Positions 28,957-38,078 of a stretch of 47,628 nt of DNA are shown here, piece by piece. Location: assembly GCA_039920385.1 (NCBI GenBank), contig JBDSDR010000019.1, positions 1 through 47,628 on the forward strand, written 5' to 3'. This DNA is from Candidatus Saccharimonadales bacterium. Lineage in GTDB: Bacteria; Patescibacteriota; Saccharimonadia; Saccharimonadales; JAUPVS01. The notes below the pieces were generated by a model. It had not been told where the DNA came from. It saw nothing but the letters and a program-made list of their open reading frames with translations, and did not search any database. Numbering within the stretch: position 1 is the stretch's first letter; the number at the start of each line of letters is the position of its first letter. Made by a program: the position numbers and the translations under genes.

Positions 28957-29832
28957 CTATTGATGACTTTCCATCTGCCTGAGTCGGGCGATTCTTTCGT
29001 CAATCGGCGGGTGCGTACTAAATAGGCCAGTAATCTTTTTGCCCTTTAGTGGGTTAGCAAAATAAAGATGGGCTGTCGAAGCATTTTGGCGCTTTGTGGC
29101 GCTACCGGACTGCTTGATTTTTTCTAGAGCAGTGGCTAGCCCTTCCGGGTACCGGGTTGTTAGCGCGCCGGTAGCATCGGCTAGATACTCACGCTTACGT
29201 GACACGGCCATCTGAATTAAGAAGGCAATAATTGGCGCCAAGATAGCCGCCGCAATGCCCACAACCAACATCACACTACTATTGTTATCATCGTTATCGC
29301 TAAACCAGGTCATTCGTAGCATAACGTCGGCTAGCAAACTAATGGCGGCGACCAAGCCAAATACCATCATCGCTACCCTAATGTCGTAGTTTTTAACATG
29401 GCCAAGCTCGTGCGCCAAGACGCCCTCCAACTCAGTGTCGGTCATAATAGCCAGTAAGCCGCTCGTAACCGCCACTGTGGCGTGCTGAGGGTCACGACCG
29501 GTAGCAAAGGCATTTGGTGCCGGATCATCAATAACATACACCTGAGGCATCGGCAGGCCATCGGTAATACTTAGATTTTCGACAATTCTAAACAACCGAG
29601 GATTATCTTTTTTGGCAATCGGCTTAGCCCGGTTTAGCGCCAAGGCCGCCTTACTAGATACAAAATAAGCAATCGCCGCGTAGGCCACAGCACTAACAAC
29701 TACATAAACTGTAATGCTAGGATTGCCCGTAGCATACAGGCTAAAGGCCCAGCCCAAGATGCCAATAATCAATAGAAAGACAATGATTAGGTAGATTGTT
29801 TTACGCTTATTGGCGGCGATCTGACTATACAT
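28957..29832 (-). CDS. htpX: Zinc metalloprotease HtpX (M48)
   Basis: PNAFATG, HELGH (HExxH), SRKREYLAD, FSTHPPI.ERI. Confidence 0.95.
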   Translation of the reverse strand: MYSQIAANKRKTIYLIIVFLLIIGILGWAFSLYATGNPSITVYVVVSAVAYAAIAYFVSSKAALALNRAKPIAKKDNPRLFRIVENLSITDGLPMPQVYVIDDPAPNAFATGRDPQHATVAVTSGLLAIMTDTELEGVLAHELGHVKNYDIRVAMMVFGLVAAISLLADVMLRMTWFSDNDDNNSSVMLVVGIAAAILAPIIAFLIQMAVSRKREYLADATGALTTRYPEGLATALEKIKQSGSATKRQNASTAHLYFANPLKGKKITGLFSTHPPIDERIARLRQMESHQ

Positions 29833-29857
29833 AGACTAGGGTTATTGAGGGGCTTAA

Positions 29858-30418
29858 TTAGAACTGAACGTCAGTTGGCTTGGCAATCGCAGCCGCTTCG
29901 GCTTCTTCAACCTCAAAGAATTCGCGACTCTTAAAACCTAGCATGTTGGCGAAAATATTGGTCGGGAAAGTCTTAACTTTGATGTTAAGATCGCGGACTG
30001 AACCATTATAGAATCGACGAGACGCTTGGATTTTGTCTTCGGTATCAACTAGTTCTTCCTGAAGATGCTGGAAGTTTTGGTTGGCCTTTAGGTCTGGGTA
30101 AGCTTCGGCAACGGCAAATAGGCTCTTAAGAGTTTGCTGGAACTGGTTCTCGGCTTCGGCAGTTTCTTTAACACCTGTGGCGCCCATAGCGTTACTGCGA
30201 GCCTTGGTAACATCCTCAAAAACTGACTTCTCGTGCTTAGCATAGCCCTTAACGGCATTAACTAGGTTGGGAATGAGGTCATAACGGCGCTTAAGTTGTA
30301 CGGTAATATCGCTCCAGGCTTCATCAGTACGAGTGTTAAGGCGAACCAACGCGTTATACATAAAGATCACTGCCAGAACGGCAACAGCTATTACTACCAG
30401 AACAATCGTAAGAATCAT
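29858..30418 (-). CDS. lemA: LemA family protein
   Basis: AWSDI.VQLKRRYDLIPNLV, AEAYPDLKAN, SRRFYN, FPTN. Confidence 0.96.
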   Translation of the reverse strand: MILTIVLVVIAVAVLAVIFMYNALVRLNTRTDEAWSDITVQLKRRYDLIPNLVNAVKGYAKHEKSVFEDVTKARSNAMGATGVKETAEAENQFQQTLKSLFAVAEAYPDLKANQNFQHLQEELVDTEDKIQASRRFYNGSVRDLNIKVKTFPTNIFANMLGFKSREFFEVEEAEAAAIAKPTDVQF

Positions 30419-30462
30419 GCTACTTCTCCAAGGGTTAATTTATACCTTTAGTATAGCACTTT

Positions 30463-31146
30463 CTAGTTGTCTTGGCAGTCAGTTATAGCCTGAATATTAT
30501 TGATACTTTGGCATTCTCGGCCTACTAAAATGGCGTAATCATCGACCCCGGAGGTCTCAAACACGTTTTCCTGGAACACTGCCTTACCAGTTGTCGACAA
30601 TATTAAACCCTCGCTTTCTTTAGAGTTAGAAATATACCGGCTATTACTAATATTGATCCGGGCTTCTGTATCATCATCACCGCCGCCGGTTGTCATAACA
30701 ACAGACAGTGGATACTTAAAACTACTCTCCGAAACAGTCACTGAGCTTCGTGGTGGTTTTAGCTGAATTTGCAAACCACCAACACTACTCTGTAGCTGTG
30801 AGCGGTTAAATACAACATGAGCAGCACCTTTGGCTCCTTCTTTCGACACTATAAGTAGGTTACTAGTTGTTAAATTAACGTTGTTGAACTGAACCGTGCT
30901 ACCATCTTCGATTTCGACCTTGCACGGTATAAAGATTTGGGCAGTTTCATCATGGAAGTTCACACCGCCTAACTTGGCATGCCCGAAGCCATCTGAGTCT
31001 ATACTGTTCCGGCATTGCTTGGACAATGATTTTAGAGATATTGACTGGCTAGATCTGGTACGCCCAGCAATCGCGATAGAACTGGTTACTAAAATTGCTA
31101 CTGCTGCTATACCCGCTACAATTTTTAAAGTTAGCTTAGTCTGCAT
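30463..31146 (-). CDS. Exported hypothetical beta-rich protein
   Basis: Signal-like N-terminus, Ser/Thr/Asn-rich strands, four Cys; overlaps the SGNH gene stop. Confidence 0.65.
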   Translation of the reverse strand: MQTKLTLKIVAGIAAVAILVTSSIAIAGRTRSSQSISLKSLSKQCRNSIDSDGFGHAKLGGVNFHDETAQIFIPCKVEIEDGSTVQFNNVNLTTSNLLIVSKEGAKGAAHVVFNRSQLQSSVGGLQIQLKPPRSSVTVSESSFKYPLSVVMTTGGGDDDTEARINISNSRYISNSKESEGLILSTTGKAVFQENVFETSGVDDYAILVGRECQSINNIQAITDCQDN

Positions 31147-32128
31147 TGTTATACTCCCTTAAGATTGATTGAGCCATAGTTACAGTGCCCTTATTATTTG
31201 GATGGGGGTCAAAAGCAATTGAAATTGCCTTTTTAGGATCACCTCCTTGCGCCCAAGCTGAGAACCAACTTGATAGCAAACCCCCAACACTGCATTCCGT
31301 CCCAAAAACATAAGAATCTTCACTGCCGGCCCCATGCCCCTGAAAGCCCCAACGAAAATCGGCCACACCAAACCCAGCCTGATGAGCACGATCGGTTAGT
31401 TCGCTGTCGAGCGGATCAACAATTCTACTTCCAATATCTTTCAGCTCCGAACAACTAGGTTTATCAACATCGTAGGGGTTATAGTACAGACTTACTATGA
31501 CGCTAGCTCCGTTGTCTTTAGCTTTCTCAAGAGCGGTGAATAGCCTATCGAAATCAGCTGAATTTGCAGAAATATTGGCCTCGACAGCCGGCGTAATGCG
31601 GTCTGCTCCAGGTTTTAAGTAAAGTTTAAGCCACTTACCTATATTGCTGAAATGGAGATCGTTTATACCTAAACTACCTGTAACTAACTGACTTGCGCGG
31701 CTTATCGCCTCAAGCTGGCTCATCCAGTGGTTTGAGCCTGACTGAGCTGCTTCTTTTATGGTATAACCCCAGATTCCGGAGCGATAAAGATCGACCGGAG
31801 AATCATGCAAATTTTTAGGTTTATACATTTCTGGGCTATCCGTATAGCGATAACCCGATGCCCTGGCCACCCGATCGGGATACGGGACTGCTGCTGTTGG
31901 TGTTTCAGTGCATCCCCAAGGCGAAGCTTTGCGATTATCGAGACAGCTTGCGATTGACGAGCCGGTTGTTAGCGAATCTCCAAAAGCTACGTAAGGTATA
32001 CCTGCCTGTTTAGACTTTGCGGTATTTCTTAGGGTATGGGTTGGTGTTGATAAAGGGTTTAGTGCAGTAACTGTACTGACAGCAGTTATGCCAACTTTAT
32101 ACAGTAACGGAATTGTTGAAAAGTTCAT
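31136..32128 (-). CDS. Secreted SGNH/GDSL hydrolase
   Basis: Block I FGDSLT, block III GINDL, block V DPHPN; N-terminal hydrophobic segment. Confidence 0.85.
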   Translation of the reverse strand: MNFSTIPLLYKVGITAVSTVTALNPLSTPTHTLRNTAKSKQAGIPYVAFGDSLTTGSSIASCLDNRKASPWGCTETPTAAVPYPDRVARASGYRYTDSPEMYKPKNLHDSPVDLYRSGIWGYTIKEAAQSGSNHWMSQLEAISRASQLVTGSLGINDLHFSNIGKWLKLYLKPGADRITPAVEANISANSADFDRLFTALEKAKDNGASVIVSLYYNPYDVDKPSCSELKDIGSRIVDPLDSELTDRAHQAGFGVADFRWGFQGHGAGSEDSYVFGTECSVGGLLSSWFSAWAQGGDPKKAISIAFDPHPNNKGTVTMAQSILREYNNAD

Positions 32129-32175
32129 GGAAACCCCTTTTGTATTAAAAAGAGTCTCTGGAACTTCAAAAATTT

Positions 32176-32252
32176 TGGTGGGTGATGAGGGACTCGAACC
32201 CCCGACCCCCTCGGTGTAAACGAGGTGCTCTAGCCAACTGAGCTAATCACCC
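32176..32252 (-). tRNA. tRNA-Val(TAC)
   Basis: rc GGGTGAT...ATCACCC-A-CCA; anticodon arm CCTCG-TTTACAC-CGAGG. Confidence 0.95.
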
Positions 32253-32326
32253 AAGATTGTTATTGAATTGTAACCGGCTTTGCTAAAGTAAGCAAAAATG
32301 ATTTAGTTTTAATTAAATCATTCTTT

Positions 32327-32412
32327 TGGTGCGCGAGAGAGGACTTGAACCTCCACAGGATTACTCCCACTACCACCTCAAGGTAGCGCGTCTACCATTC
32401 CGCCACTCGCGC
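32327..32412 (-). tRNA. tRNA-Leu(GAG)
   Basis: rc GCGCGAG...CTCGCGC-A-CCA; anticodon arm CTACC-TTGAGGT-GGTAG. Confidence 0.95.
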
Positions 32413-32444
32413 CCGGTTATCATAAATTATCAAAGAACCTAGCT

Positions 32445-32473
32445 ATCTTACGGTGTTTAGGCAAAAAACTCAA
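32445..32473 (-). promoter_or_regulatory. Promoter of tRNA-Leu(GAG)/tRNA-Val
   Basis: TTGAGT-17 nt-TAAGAT on the minus strand. Confidence 0.65.
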
Positions 32474-32487
32474 GGGGTAAGCCAAAC

Positions 32488-34128
32488 TTAGCTAGTCGAA
32501 AAATGGTCGAATAAATGATCCATTGTATACTCGTGACGCAATAAAGGCTTAATATCGTCAACCGAGACGCCGATTTTAACACCCGGGTTAAGCGTGCCGT
32601 GCGGATCAAAAATTAGCTTAATCCGTTCGAATACTTGGTATATTTCTTCGCCGTAGAGTTGCTTAAGATATGGGCCGCGTAAGCGTCCGTCGTTGTGTTC
32701 ACCACTAGTACTACCGCCCAAATCTATAACCATCTGGTAGTACTCTTCGGCCAATTTAAAGACTTTTTGACGATCTGCTACCTCTGATAAGTCCAGGAAA
32801 GGTTGCATGTGCAGGTTGGCATCGCCGGCATGGCCCCAAACGGCCGCTTTTAGATGATACTTATCAAATAGGGCGTAAATGTTATCGAGATATTCCTGGA
32901 ATCGGTCGGTTGGTACAATACCGTCCTCAATAACTGGTAAGGCTTTTAGGTTGCCTTCATTGTGAGTAATAATTGAAGCAGCGCTGCGTCGAATTTTCCA
33001 TAGTTCGGCCTGTTTTTGGCTATCCCGTTCCAGCTGGTAACTAATTTCGTATTTGTCGAATATTTTCTGGGCCTTCTTGGTTAGTCGGCGCTGTTGACGA
33101 TCATTATTATCATCGAATTCAACCAGCATGATTATTTTGTGGTAGGGTTTGGTGACAACGTCATTTAGTGAGTTAGGGTTATGTTTGTCGATGAATTCTA
33201 GAAGTTTGCCATCGACCATCTCAATAGCACTAGGGCCATCCGCCAAGGCTCTTAGCTCTAAAGCGACTGTTTCGGCAATTTTGATATCATCAAAGGAGCC
33301 AACCAGTAAAGTTGTCTGGGTATTAAATGGTTCGGTATTCAGCTCAACCTGAGTAACAATCCCCAGGGTACCCTGCGAACCAACAAAAAGCGGCGTCAAA
33401 TCGTAAGATCCATCTTTATTTTTGATATCCCAGATGTCGTAGCCGGCTGAGTTTTTAGTAACTTTGATTGGGTCAACGTCGCCAATTATATCTTGTTTCT
33501 CTTCAAATAATTTATCTAGGGCCCGATAAATTTCGCCTTCAAAAGTAGCCAAGCCGAGCTTTTTATTAACTTCGCGCTTGTTAATTCGGCCAGTCTGAAT
33601 AACCTCACCGTTTGCTAAGACAACCCTTAGACTACGAACATATTTACGAGTTTTACCATATTTGACACTTTTTTCACCACCGGCATTATTAGCTACCGCC
33701 CCGCCGATAGTACTGTAGTCAACAGATGATGGATATGGCGGTAAATAACGACCATGAGTGTGCAACGACTGTTGTAAACGGCCATAGTTAATACCTGGAT
33801 CAACTATTACTACGCCGCTCTTGCCATCCAATTCGCTAATCTTATTCATGTGAGCCGGAAAAACCATCATTATGCCGCTACCGATAGCCGCGCCGGCTTG
33901 GTCGGTACCCATGCCGCGAGCAGTAATCGGTATGACCCGGCCTCTTTCGGCCAATTGCCAACTAAAACGCGCCGTCTTGCGAACATCATTTTCGTTTCGT
34001 GGGTAAAGTACCACTGAAGGAGTAACTGTAAATACACCGCCATCGGTCGAAAAATAATTACGCATGTCTGTCGACGTCATAACTTCACCCAGAACATGCT
34101 CTTGCAAATAGTGCGCGATTTTACTCAT
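32488..34128 (-). CDS. FAD-binding oxidoreductase (GlcD/D-lactate dehydrogenase, VAO family)
   Basis: ARGMGT, TIGGAVANNAGG, GSQGTLG, GHAGDANLH, GEHNDG, FDP.G.LNPG. Confidence 0.9.
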   Translation of the reverse strand: MSKIAHYLQEHVLGEVMTSTDMRNYFSTDGGVFTVTPSVVLYPRNENDVRKTARFSWQLAERGRVIPITARGMGTDQAGAAIGSGIMMVFPAHMNKISELDGKSGVVIVDPGINYGRLQQSLHTHGRYLPPYPSSVDYSTIGGAVANNAGGEKSVKYGKTRKYVRSLRVVLANGEVIQTGRINKREVNKKLGLATFEGEIYRALDKLFEEKQDIIGDVDPIKVTKNSAGYDIWDIKNKDGSYDLTPLFVGSQGTLGIVTQVELNTEPFNTQTTLLVGSFDDIKIAETVALELRALADGPSAIEMVDGKLLEFIDKHNPNSLNDVVTKPYHKIIMLVEFDDNNDRQQRRLTKKAQKIFDKYEISYQLERDSQKQAELWKIRRSAASIITHNEGNLKALPVIEDGIVPTDRFQEYLDNIYALFDKYHLKAAVWGHAGDANLHMQPFLDLSEVADRQKVFKLAEEYYQMVIDLGGSTSGEHNDGRLRGPYLKQLYGEEIYQVFERIKLIFDPHGTLNPGVKIGVSVDDIKPLLRHEYTMDHLFDHFSTS

Positions 34129-34215
34129 AAATTAGTGACTACCCCAAAGAATAATTGTTGTTTGTAACAGGGCTTATAATAGCATAACTGGCTACAGTGG
34201 TGGAAATACTCACGT

Positions 34216-34302
34216 TGGTGCCGCGAAGAGGACTTGAACCTCCACGGAGTTGCCTCCACTAGTCCCTGAAACTAGCGCGTCTACCAATTTCGCCATCGCG
34301 GC
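34216..34302 (-). tRNA. tRNA-Leu(CAG)
   Basis: rc GCCGCGA...TCGCGGC-A-CCA; anticodon arm CTAGT-TTCAGGG-ACTAG. Confidence 0.95.
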
Positions 34303-34338
34303 ATCAACGACAATATCTACACCTAAGGATCGCTGTTT

Positions 34339-34367
34339 ATCTTACGATTATTGACCTAAAAACTCAA
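34339..34367 (-). promoter_or_regulatory. Promoter of tRNA-Leu(CAG)
   Basis: TTGAGT-17 nt-TAAGAT on the minus strand. Confidence 0.65.
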
Positions 34368-34368
34368 G

Positions 34369-36156
34369 TTATTGAACAATATCTTGACGAGTTTGCCGAA
34401 CCATCCAATTCTCGACATTACTGTAGCGATCGGTTGGCGTATTGATAGTATGCTCGTTTAGTCCCGAGATAGTTTGCCGAGCGATATACAAAAAGCGCGG
34501 CTGGTAAAGACCGATTGCCGGGGCATCATTTCGCCAGGCATCTAAAAATGGGCGGTACTTAATGGCCCTTAGGCCGGCATCGGTACGGGTGCGACCGGCT
34601 TCTAGAGCGCTGTCGGCAACCTTTGACTTATACTCCGAGAAGTTTAGACGATTGTCGGAACGAATATCGGCCTGTGAGCTGTGCCAGTAGGCTAAGACGT
34701 CCGGGTCAACACCAATTGATATGCCATAAAGTAAGGCGTCGTAGGTATGAAATGCCAGAGCCGACTGCAGGTCACTGGCGGTATCGAGGTTAACTTGCAC
34801 GTCAACACCGATGGCCTTCCACTGTTGCTGTAGCTTACTAGTTACGTAAGAGTACTCTGGCGTGCTTTCGGTAGTAATTGTAAAGGTAAGTTTTTGGGTG
34901 CCTTTGGCGCGCATACCGTCACCTCCCTTAATCCAGCCAGCCGCATCAAGCGCCTGTTCGGCTGCCGCTGGGTTGTAAGCCAACTGCGCCAAGCTTTTAT
35001 CGTAACCCGGCTGGAAGCGCAAGAAAGGCTGATCAACTGTCTTGGACGGATAACCAAGCCCCTTAGCAACGGCACTTATATCGGTGGCCTGAACTAGTGC
35101 CTTCCGAACTGCCGCATCGGCCAGAATGCCATCGGTTGTCTTAAAGAAAACCATGGTTTGGCTGGTCAACGGGAAGTTATACAGACGGGTAGCAGTTTGC
35201 TTAGAGATTTTTTCGGGAAGCTTATTAAAGCCAACTACGCCATCCAACTCCTGTTTATTAAAGCTGTTAATTATCGATTCCTCGGAGCGGAAGGCACGAA
35301 CCGTAAATGTACCTAGTTTTGGCTTGGTGCCATTGTAAAATTCGTTTGGTGCCATGGCGATTCGCTCTTCTCGGTTATTGGTATCGTTGCCGGTAACCTC
35401 GATGGCTTTCCACTTAAACGGCCCTGCCCCAACTGGGCTGGTAGTATCGAATGGGATTGAGCGCAGCTGACTAGCCGGGATGCCTTTTAGGATATGTTGC
35501 GGTATCAGACCATTGACCATGGAGTAAGGAAATGAACTGAGAGCCTGAGGGAGCGTAAAGCTGACTGTTCGGCTGTCTATCGCCGTAACAACGACACCCT
35601 TCCAGCTATTTAGCAAGATCGAATCGGCATCTGGGTTTTGAATAGTTTGGTAGGTAAAAACTACGTCTTTAGAGGTTAACTCCTGGCCGTCTTGCCAGCG
35701 TAAGTCCGGCTTAAGCACGACTGTATAGACATTCCCTCGCTCATTTACTGCCCAAGACTCTGCCAAGTCGCCGACTAAGGCATTTTTGTCATTAAACTTG
35801 AATAGGCCGCTAAATATTAACCGCGAAACCGAGCTATCGACAGCACCAGTGGCATATAGAGGATTAGCCGTCGTAAAACTACCGATAATTCCTTCGGTGT
35901 AGTTACCGCCCGGGATCGGTTGTTCAGTCTGATAATAATTGCCCAAAGCCCGTGTTTGCACGACAAGTGTGGTAATTAGCAGGATTATCAGTAATACCCA
36001 CGCAAACAAAAAACGCTTAACTTGCCATAGTCGGCCAAGGCGGTCAATCACATGTTCTTCAAGATGCTGTTCGGCTTGCTCGCCCAAGTTCCCAACTTGC
36101 TTTCGGCTACGTCTAAAGCGCCGGCGCCAGCGAAGTTTTGTTGCTCGATCAACCAT
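34369..36156 (-). CDS. Peptide/nickel ABC substrate-binding protein (family 5), TM-anchored
   Basis: LIFSGL, GDLAESW, WQDGQELTSKDVVFT, PVGAGPF, VRKAL, W..IGV.V. Confidence 0.88.
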   Translation of the reverse strand: MVDRATKLRWRRRFRRSRKQVGNLGEQAEQHLEEHVIDRLGRLWQVKRFLFAWVLLIILLITTLVVQTRALGNYYQTEQPIPGGNYTEGIIGSFTTANPLYATGAVDSSVSRLIFSGLFKFNDKNALVGDLAESWAVNERGNVYTVVLKPDLRWQDGQELTSKDVVFTYQTIQNPDADSILLNSWKGVVVTAIDSRTVSFTLPQALSSFPYSMVNGLIPQHILKGIPASQLRSIPFDTTSPVGAGPFKWKAIEVTGNDTNNREERIAMAPNEFYNGTKPKLGTFTVRAFRSEESIINSFNKQELDGVVGFNKLPEKISKQTATRLYNFPLTSQTMVFFKTTDGILADAAVRKALVQATDISAVAKGLGYPSKTVDQPFLRFQPGYDKSLAQLAYNPAAAEQALDAAGWIKGGDGMRAKGTQKLTFTITTESTPEYSYVTSKLQQQWKAIGVDVQVNLDTASDLQSALAFHTYDALLYGISIGVDPDVLAYWHSSQADIRSDNRLNFSEYKSKVADSALEAGRTRTDAGLRAIKYRPFLDAWRNDAPAIGLYQPRFLYIARQTISGLNEHTINTPTDRYSNVENWMVRQTRQDIVQ

Positions 36157-36182
36157 TCACCACCTCTGTTTCATTATGATTA

Positions 36183-36395
36183 CTAGGCGACAACACTTAG
36201 TAAAATTGAGCCTGCAAAAACCACTGCCACAACAATTGTTATCTGGTGAAGGCTTTTGTCTGAACCGCGTCGTACGGTGTTAACTTCACCACCACCACCC
36301 ATACCGGCCCCAAGGGTTGCTCCCCTAGTCTGAATCAGGATTAAAATAGTCAATAGAACGGCTGAACCAATTGTTAGAAAATTATAAAAACTCAT
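36183..36395 (-). CDS. secG: Preprotein translocase subunit SecG
   Basis: Two TM helices flanking ILIQTRGATLGAGMGG...RRG. Confidence 0.9.
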   Translation of the reverse strand: MSFYNFLTIGSAVLLTILILIQTRGATLGAGMGGGGEVNTVRRGSDKSLHQITIVVAVVFAGSILLSVVA

Positions 36396-36421
36396 CTGTT
36401 CTATTGTAGAGCAAAGTTAGC

Positions 36422-36802
36422 TTATCGTGAAGTGCTAAGTCGCTGGTTATCGAGTATGGTGGTAACTAAATAATTAACCAAGCCAATTACCATACCGGCC
36501 AGCATGGCAGCTCCAAAGTTGCTAACCTGCAGCGGAGAATAAAGCTTACTAGCTAGTAGTACCATTAAGCCGTTTATAACAATCATAAATAACCCCAGGC
36601 TAAACAAGATGGCTGGTAATGACAAGATGACCACAATTGGCTTAATTATAGTGTTGAGTATGGCCAGCAATAGCCCCGAGATAACTAGAACCGGTGCGCC
36701 ATTTTCGAAGATAATTCGGCCTCCCAAAAAGGCGGCCGCAATCCACAGCCCCAAAGTACAGACAAACCAACGAAGTAAAAATCTACCAATTGCAGTGTTC
36801 AT
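36422..36802 (-). CDS. YvlD / 4-TMS 'phage holin family' membrane protein
   Basis: LN.IIKP...LSLP....SLGLF..VING motif. Confidence 0.85.
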   Translation of the reverse strand: MNTAIGRFLLRWFVCTLGLWIAAAFLGGRIIFENGAPVLVISGLLLAILNTIIKPIVVILSLPAILFSLGLFMIVINGLMVLLASKLYSPLQVSNFGAAMLAGMVIGLVNYLVTTILDNQRLSTSR

Positions 36803-36830
36803 TTTTGTAACCCTTAATGCTCATTGTAAA

Positions 36831-38054
36831 TTAGCTTATGCTTCGTGGCAAGCTGGATGACAAAATCTGGTGGCCTTTAGCGGTAATCAAAACGTCATCT
36901 TCGATTCTTACACCAATCGCTTCCTCGGCGATATAAATACCCGGCTCAACTGTTATGACCATCCCGGCTTCGAGCGGTCGGTCGTAGTCGCCGACATCAT
37001 GTACATCCAACCCTAAGTAATGCGATGTGGCATGCGGGAAATACTTGCGGACACTATCGCGGTCGATTGTCTTAATTAAACCTAGCTCTCTTAGCTTCTC
37101 GCCCATAAAGTGTTCGATCAGAGCTTCGTTCTGGCGAATTGTTGGGCCTGGTTTAAGTAAACTGTAAGCATAATCTTGAACTGCTTGGACAGCGGCGTGA
37201 ACAGCTTTTTGACGTTTGCTAGCAGTTTTTGTTTGGCTATAAGTTCGGGTGATATCGGCGGCATAGTTGTCGATTTCGGCACCAACATCGATGGTCAACA
37301 ACTCTTTAGGACCAATTAGGCTATCGTTGTCGTCACGATGCAAGACACAAGCCCGCTCCCCGCCAGAAATAATTGGCGCAAAAGCATGGCCCTTGGCACC
37401 GGCCTTGCGAAACTGCTTAAAAAGCTCGGCCTCAATTTGGTACTCATACTGATATTGGCGTTTTTGGACATACTTTAGGGCCTTAACCGTAACGTCAATC
37501 GCTTCCTGAATAGCTGCCAGCTCGGGCGCTTGCTTAATTATGCGCATGAGCGACAGCTGAGGGCGCAAGTCTAGTAGTTCAAAATTATTATCTTCGCTCT
37601 TTAAGCGCTCAATTAAGCTAGCACGGGCTGGGTTGGCATAAAAGCCTAGTTGATCAATATGGGCGGCTGGGGCCGATAGGGTGGCGACATGCTTAACCTT
37701 CTTGAGGCGGCTTTGCAGGCGTTTCCAGCCATCAACCTGACTACAGATGTCACTTATGCCTGATATGGTCGTTAAAGCCTCTTTATTAGAAGCGTCGTGA
37801 AAAATATCTAAGTAGTCCTGCTGAGCAGGCATAATCAAGTATTCCTTGCCCTTGTCCATCACCAAAACTACATCTGGTTTCTGTATGCCCGTTAAATACC
37901 AAAAGCTACTATCTTGGCGAAAACTAAAGGTATTATCGCCATTACGCTGCAAAACGCCGTTGGCCGTAATAACAATTGGTGCCGTTCCCACAAATAGTTC
38001 CCGCAACCGTTTGCGGTTATTAACAAAGAACTCCGTCGAGAAATGATGGTACAT
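36831..38054 (-). CDS. pepP: Xaa-Pro aminopeptidase (M24B)
   Basis: FRQDSSFWYLTG, IDVGAE..YAADITRT, H.TSH.LGLDVHD, TVEPGIY, GVRIEDD. Confidence 0.92.
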   Translation of the reverse strand: MYHHFSTEFFVNNRKRLRELFVGTAPIVITANGVLQRNGDNTFSFRQDSSFWYLTGIQKPDVVLVMDKGKEYLIMPAQQDYLDIFHDASNKEALTTISGISDICSQVDGWKRLQSRLKKVKHVATLSAPAAHIDQLGFYANPARASLIERLKSEDNNFELLDLRPQLSLMRIIKQAPELAAIQEAIDVTVKALKYVQKRQYQYEYQIEAELFKQFRKAGAKGHAFAPIISGGERACVLHRDDNDSLIGPKELLTIDVGAEIDNYAADITRTYSQTKTASKRQKAVHAAVQAVQDYAYSLLKPGPTIRQNEALIEHFMGEKLRELGLIKTIDRDSVRKYFPHATSHYLGLDVHDVGDYDRPLEAGMVITVEPGIYIAEEAIGVRIEDDVLITAKGHQILSSSLPRSIS

Positions 38055-38078
38055 ACCTTTAATCTAGTATAGCAAAGT

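Noticed and set aside
36422-36802. Prophage signalled by a 'phage holin' gene
   Set aside because: YvlD-type proteins are common chromosomal genes, and no endolysin, capsid, terminase or integrase is nearby.
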